Below, piece by piece: positions 60,940 to 64,000 of a stretch of DNA of 64,000 bases. Source of the stretch: Vibrio sp. Lineage in GTDB: Bacteria > Pseudomonadota > Gammaproteobacteria > Enterobacterales > Vibrionaceae. The stretch covers positions 39,763 to 103,762 of the forward strand of contig NZ_JBLWZK010000008.1 of NCBI RefSeq assembly GCF_048266485.1, in the 5' to 3' direction. The position numbers and the translations under genes were made by a program. The notes under the pieces were generated by a model that was not told the DNA's origin, searched no databases, and worked only from the letters and a program-made list of their open reading frames with translations. The first letter of the stretch is position 1. Each line of letters begins with the position of its first letter.

Positions 60940-60973
60940 CTTTTATTCCTGCCCAATTTATTTAGATCTTGAC

Positions 60974-60992
60974 CTATCTAAAAAAACGATAG
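60974..60992. promoter_or_regulatory. LysR box
   Basis: CTATC-N9-GATAG palindrome between the LysR and PACE genes. Confidence 0.65.
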
Positions 60993-61073
60993 TTATTAAC
61001 TAGAATATATCTTATTTAGTATTAATAATAGCAACTGTTTTATGGTTAGATTAGCAATTTAGTTGAGGAAAAA

Positions 61074-61511
61074 ATGCGTACAACCTTTGATAGACTAAGA
61101 CACACTATCTGCTTTGAATTAATTGGTCTGGTGATTTTGACCTTAGGTGTGGCAAAACTGATTAATATGGATATGACTAAGATAGGTATTTTGGCGGTTG
61201 CGTTTTCAATCATCGCAACGGTATGGAATTACTTCTACAACATTTTATTTGATAAAGCGATGCTAAAGCGTACCGGACAACTGAATAAAACGGTCGCAAT
61301 ACGAGTGTTTCACGCAGGGTTATTTGAGCTAGGATTACTGGTGATCACACTACCTATTATGGCGTGGTGGTTAGAAATAAGCTTGGTAGAGGCATTAATT
61401 TTAGATCTAGGAATGGCGTTATTTTATCTTATTTACGCTTTCATTTATAACTTGGCTTACGACCGAATTTTCCCGATTCCGCAAACCAAGCAAGTAAGAT
61501 CTAACGCTTAA
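61074..61511 (+). CDS. PACE-family (AceI-like) efflux protein
   Basis: MRTTFDRLRHTICFELIG...WNYFYNILFD and RVFHAGLFELG...FIYNLAYD: two BTP repeats. Confidence 0.88.
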   Translation: MRTTFDRLRHTICFELIGLVILTLGVAKLINMDMTKIGILAVAFSIIATVWNYFYNILFDKAMLKRTGQLNKTVAIRVFHAGLFELGLLVITLPIMAWWLEISLVEALILDLGMALFYLIYAFIYNLAYDRIFPIPQTKQVRSNA

Positions 61512-62275
61512 GCAGTAAAAAAGCTCCAAATAAGGTTTAACGCAATAAAGGTTAATGCAAATTTCAGCACAACATGGAAGTGCTGATTTGATACTTTATC
61601 CAGTACCTTCTTACCTACAAACGTACCGAAAAAGCCAACGAGGATCATCAGCCCTATCACGCCAATCCATTGCTGATAGGCAAAACCCAACATACCAAAA
61701 ATAACCGCCTTAATAATATGTTGAATCGACATAAAACAAGACATCGTTGCGCCGAGTTCACGACGATCGGGCAGAATATTCTTAATCGTTGCAATCAGAA
61801 ATGGCCCCGTTGCGCCAACAAACATGGTCAAGAAAGCGGTAAAAGCTCCGATACCAAGCAGCCCTTTTTTCCCTTGTAAACTCAACTTGATAGGCACCCA
61901 ACTGCTGATCAAAATGAACACGGCCAAAATAAGTTCTAAGTACTTGGTAGGCAAGTTTAAAGCAAGATTCCCCCCAATCACTGCCCCGACAACACTACCA
62001 ACAAAAAACCATCCTAAATATTGCTTTTGAATATAGCGTCGCATCAGCACCGCACGCCCCGCATTCGAACCGAGTTGCACAATGGCGTGAACCGGAATCA
62101 CCGCCGCCGCTGGCATCATAGTGATCATAAATGCAATTAACGTCGCCCCACCGCCTACTCCAATAATAACATTGAACATAGACGTCATACCGCTTAAACC
62201 GATTAAGGAAAAAAACTGTACCGTGCTAAGGTCATCGGGTTTTAAATGAAGAATTAAATCAGTAAAGACTTGCAT
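61508..62275 (-). CDS. TauE/SafE-family membrane protein
   Basis: GVGGG, PVHAIVQLGSNAGR and VGATGPF motifs. Confidence 0.82.
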   Translation of the reverse strand: MQVFTDLILHLKPDDLSTVQFFSLIGLSGMTSMFNVIIGVGGGATLIAFMITMMPAAAVIPVHAIVQLGSNAGRAVLMRRYIQKQYLGWFFVGSVVGAVIGGNLALNLPTKYLELILAVFILISSWVPIKLSLQGKKGLLGIGAFTAFLTMFVGATGPFLIATIKNILPDRRELGATMSCFMSIQHIIKAVIFGMLGFAYQQWIGVIGLMILVGFFGTFVGKKVLDKVSNQHFHVVLKFALTFIALNLIWSFFTA

Positions 62276-62401
62276 AAAATGAATTCAGGAAAAGGAACAA
62301 ACTCCAATTATATACCTAAGTCATCGTCAAATGCGATTTGGATGTGGGTGTTAATTTTTCAGTTTTGTAAAATAAACAACAGCTGAAGCAGCTTGCAGCA
62401 T

Positions 62402-62420
62402 TTGTAGCAAGTTACTACAA
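62402..62420. promoter_or_regulatory. Palindromic operator of the toxin-antitoxin operon
   Basis: TTGTAG-N7-CTACAA, 35-55 bp upstream of the antitoxin start. Confidence 0.55.
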
Positions 62421-62455
62421 TAAGCCTATATATAAACCAAATAAGGAAACACCAC

Positions 62456-62677
62456 ATGGCGACTACAAGCGTACGTATTGACCAAGAACTTGTCGATAAA
62501 GCGGCTATCATGGCTAAAGCACTAAACCGCACTACACCAAAACAAATTGAACATTGGGCTAAAATTGGTGAAATGATGGAAGATAACCCTGACTTACCTT
62601 ACGAATTTGTAAAACAAGCCATTATCGCAAAAGCAGAGAAAGAAGCGGGTAAGTTAGAGGCTTATACTTTTGACTAA
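62456..62677 (+). CDS. ParD-like antitoxin (RHH-type N-terminus)
   Basis: MATTSVRID...AKALNRTTPKQIEHWAKIGEMMEDNPDLPYEFV. Overlaps the toxin by 8 bp. Confidence 0.82.
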   Translation: MATTSVRIDQELVDKAAIMAKALNRTTPKQIEHWAKIGEMMEDNPDLPYEFVKQAIIAKAEKEAGKLEAYTFD

Positions 62678-62960
62678 AATCACCAACATTCTTCAAACTC
62701 CAGCGTTTAAAAAAGCGGTCAAAAAGCTACATAAAAACCAAAAAGTGGACTTAGATAATGCCATTCGTGAGCTTCTTAAAGATCCCTATTTAGGCGAACA
62801 GAAAAAAGGTGACCTATCATTTCTGCGAGTATATAAATTCAAGATGGTTAAACAATTAACTTTACTCGGTTATAACTATGAAGATGGCACGGTAACTCTT
62901 GAACTCATGGCACTAGGGGCTCATGAAAACTTTTATCGCGATGTCAAAAAGGGTTATTAA
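62670..62960 (+). CDS. RelE/ParE-family toxin
   Basis: QTPAFKKAVKKLH...GEQKKGDL..LRVYKFKM...GAHENFY. Confidence 0.85.
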   Translation: MTKITNILQTPAFKKAVKKLHKNQKVDLDNAIRELLKDPYLGEQKKGDLSFLRVYKFKMVKQLTLLGYNYEDGTVTLELMALGAHENFYRDVKKGY

Positions 62961-63004
62961 TTCGAGGATGTAATGAGATAAACGACAACCTCACCTAGTC
63001 TGTA

Positions 63005-63601
63005 CTAACTCATCCCCACATAACCTTCCATACTCCCGATAGAATCAATCCAACGCTCGATATTTGGGTAACTGGCTAACTCAAAACCACCTTCATGGGC
63101 GACATGGGTGTAGGAATACAACGCAATATCAGCGATCGAGATGCTATTCCCAACCAAGAAAGCAGATTGCGATAATTGTTGCTCCATGATTTTCAGGGCT
63201 TTGTGACCGCCAGATTGCAATGATTGGTATTCTTCAAGCCGGTGCTCTGGCATGCCTTGGTATTTTTGTATAAACCGCGCAACAGCGATATAAGGTTCAT
63301 GCGAATATTGCTCAAAGAAAAGCCACTCATAAACTTTGGCTTTCTGGTATCTATCGGTTGGTAAGTACCGTGTCCCTTCAGCAAAGTAGCTTAATATGGC
63401 GTTAGATTCACACAACACCTGACCATTATCAAAAACGATGGTTGGAATTTTTCCATTTGGGTTGAGTGACAAAAACTCGCTTGTTTGAGTTTCTTTATTG
63501 AGGATATCAACATACTGCCAATCGTGTTGAATATTTAAAAATGACAATAATAGTTTTACTTTCAAGCAGTTTCCCGACTGCAAATCGCCATATACGAGCA
63601 T
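63005..63601 (-). CDS. Glutathione S-transferase family protein
   Basis: SGNCLKVK, NPNGKIP, ESNAIL and SIADIALYSY motifs. Confidence 0.92.
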   Translation of the reverse strand: MLVYGDLQSGNCLKVKLLLSFLNIQHDWQYVDILNKETQTSEFLSLNPNGKIPTIVFDNGQVLCESNAILSYFAEGTRYLPTDRYQKAKVYEWLFFEQYSHEPYIAVARFIQKYQGMPEHRLEEYQSLQSGGHKALKIMEQQLSQSAFLVGNSISIADIALYSYTHVAHEGGFELASYPNIERWIDSIGSMEGYVGMS

Positions 63602-63625
63602 TCCATTCTCCGTATGTATTAAAAT

Positions 63626-64000
63626 TTAAACCAACGGTTTCTCCATATAGAAAAACCGATCATCTTCTTTTACCACAACAAAGCCACTACGCTGATATAA
63701 ATGAAACGCAGGGCTAATCTTAAACACTCTCAATTTCACTTTTTTAATATCAGATTGCAACGTTAATCGTTCTATTTCTTTCAAAACCGCTGAACCTACC
63801 CCTTTTTTTTGGTAGGAAGAACTGACTTGTAGATCTCTTAAATAACAACTGTCAGCTTCAAAAGCTAAGCGAAATGTTCCAATAATTTGACCTTCTTCGA
63901 CTATGTCCCAATTATCTAAACTTTTAACTTGATCGACTATCTGCTGTTGCTGCCATTCAACGCCATACTTCTCGTAATACGGCGACATGTTTTGATAAGT
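63626..64000 (-). CDS. GNAT acetyltransferase (partial, start lies beyond the right edge)
   Basis: YQKKGVGSA (motif A) and AFHLYQRSGF. The frame stays open to 64000 (...TYQNMSPYY). Confidence 0.85.
   Translation of the reverse strand, partial: TYQNMSPYYEKYGVEWQQQQIVDQVKSLDNWDIVEEGQIIGTFRLAFEADSCYLRDLQVSSSYQKKGVGSAVLKEIERLTLQSDIKKVKLRVFKISPAFHLYQRSGFVVVKEDDRFFYMEKPLV

Noticed and set aside
4229-63384. The many 60-140 aa ORFs antisense to or nested in long genes (e.g. 14073-14501, 24152-24469, 38549-38956, 43595-43921)
   Set aside because: Shadow ORFs of well-supported genes, with no motifs or RBS.
1-64000. rRNA, tRNA, CRISPR array, prophage or anti-phage defence operon
   Set aside because: No matching structures, repeat-spacer arrays or recognisable protein motifs were found.

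Overview
AT-rich (roughly 40% GC by eye) Vibrionaceae-type chromosomal segment of accessory and metabolic genes. The species cannot be assigned from sequence alone. Left to right: sbcC (partial) and sbcD; a candidate structured sRNA and a decayed IS110 relic; tdh-kbl with a divergent LysR; ycdX, a DUF3541-like gene, azlCD, TPR and NUDIX genes; an orphan phnR; an AT-rich LysR / adenosine-deaminase-like / NCS2 module; a TA-targeting MITE; ktrAB and mscS; an ectoine catabolic cluster doeA-doeX-doeC-doeD that lacks doeB and carries an ERIC element; a Fur-controlled aerobactin-type siderophore locus with a rearranged divergent layout and an in-frame IucA-IucB fusion; a GlcG-like gene heading a tctCBA operon; an enterobacterial-style narLX-narK-narGHJI block, bracketed by two near-identical 40-bp hairpins and interrupted between narK and narG by about 2.7 kb of small or decayed genes; benE; a LysR/PACE efflux pair; tauE; a ParD-like/ParE-like toxin-antitoxin pair; GST; and a partial GNAT gene. 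No rRNA, tRNA, CRISPR array or intact transposase was seen. All family calls come from motif recognition by eye, not from database searches.
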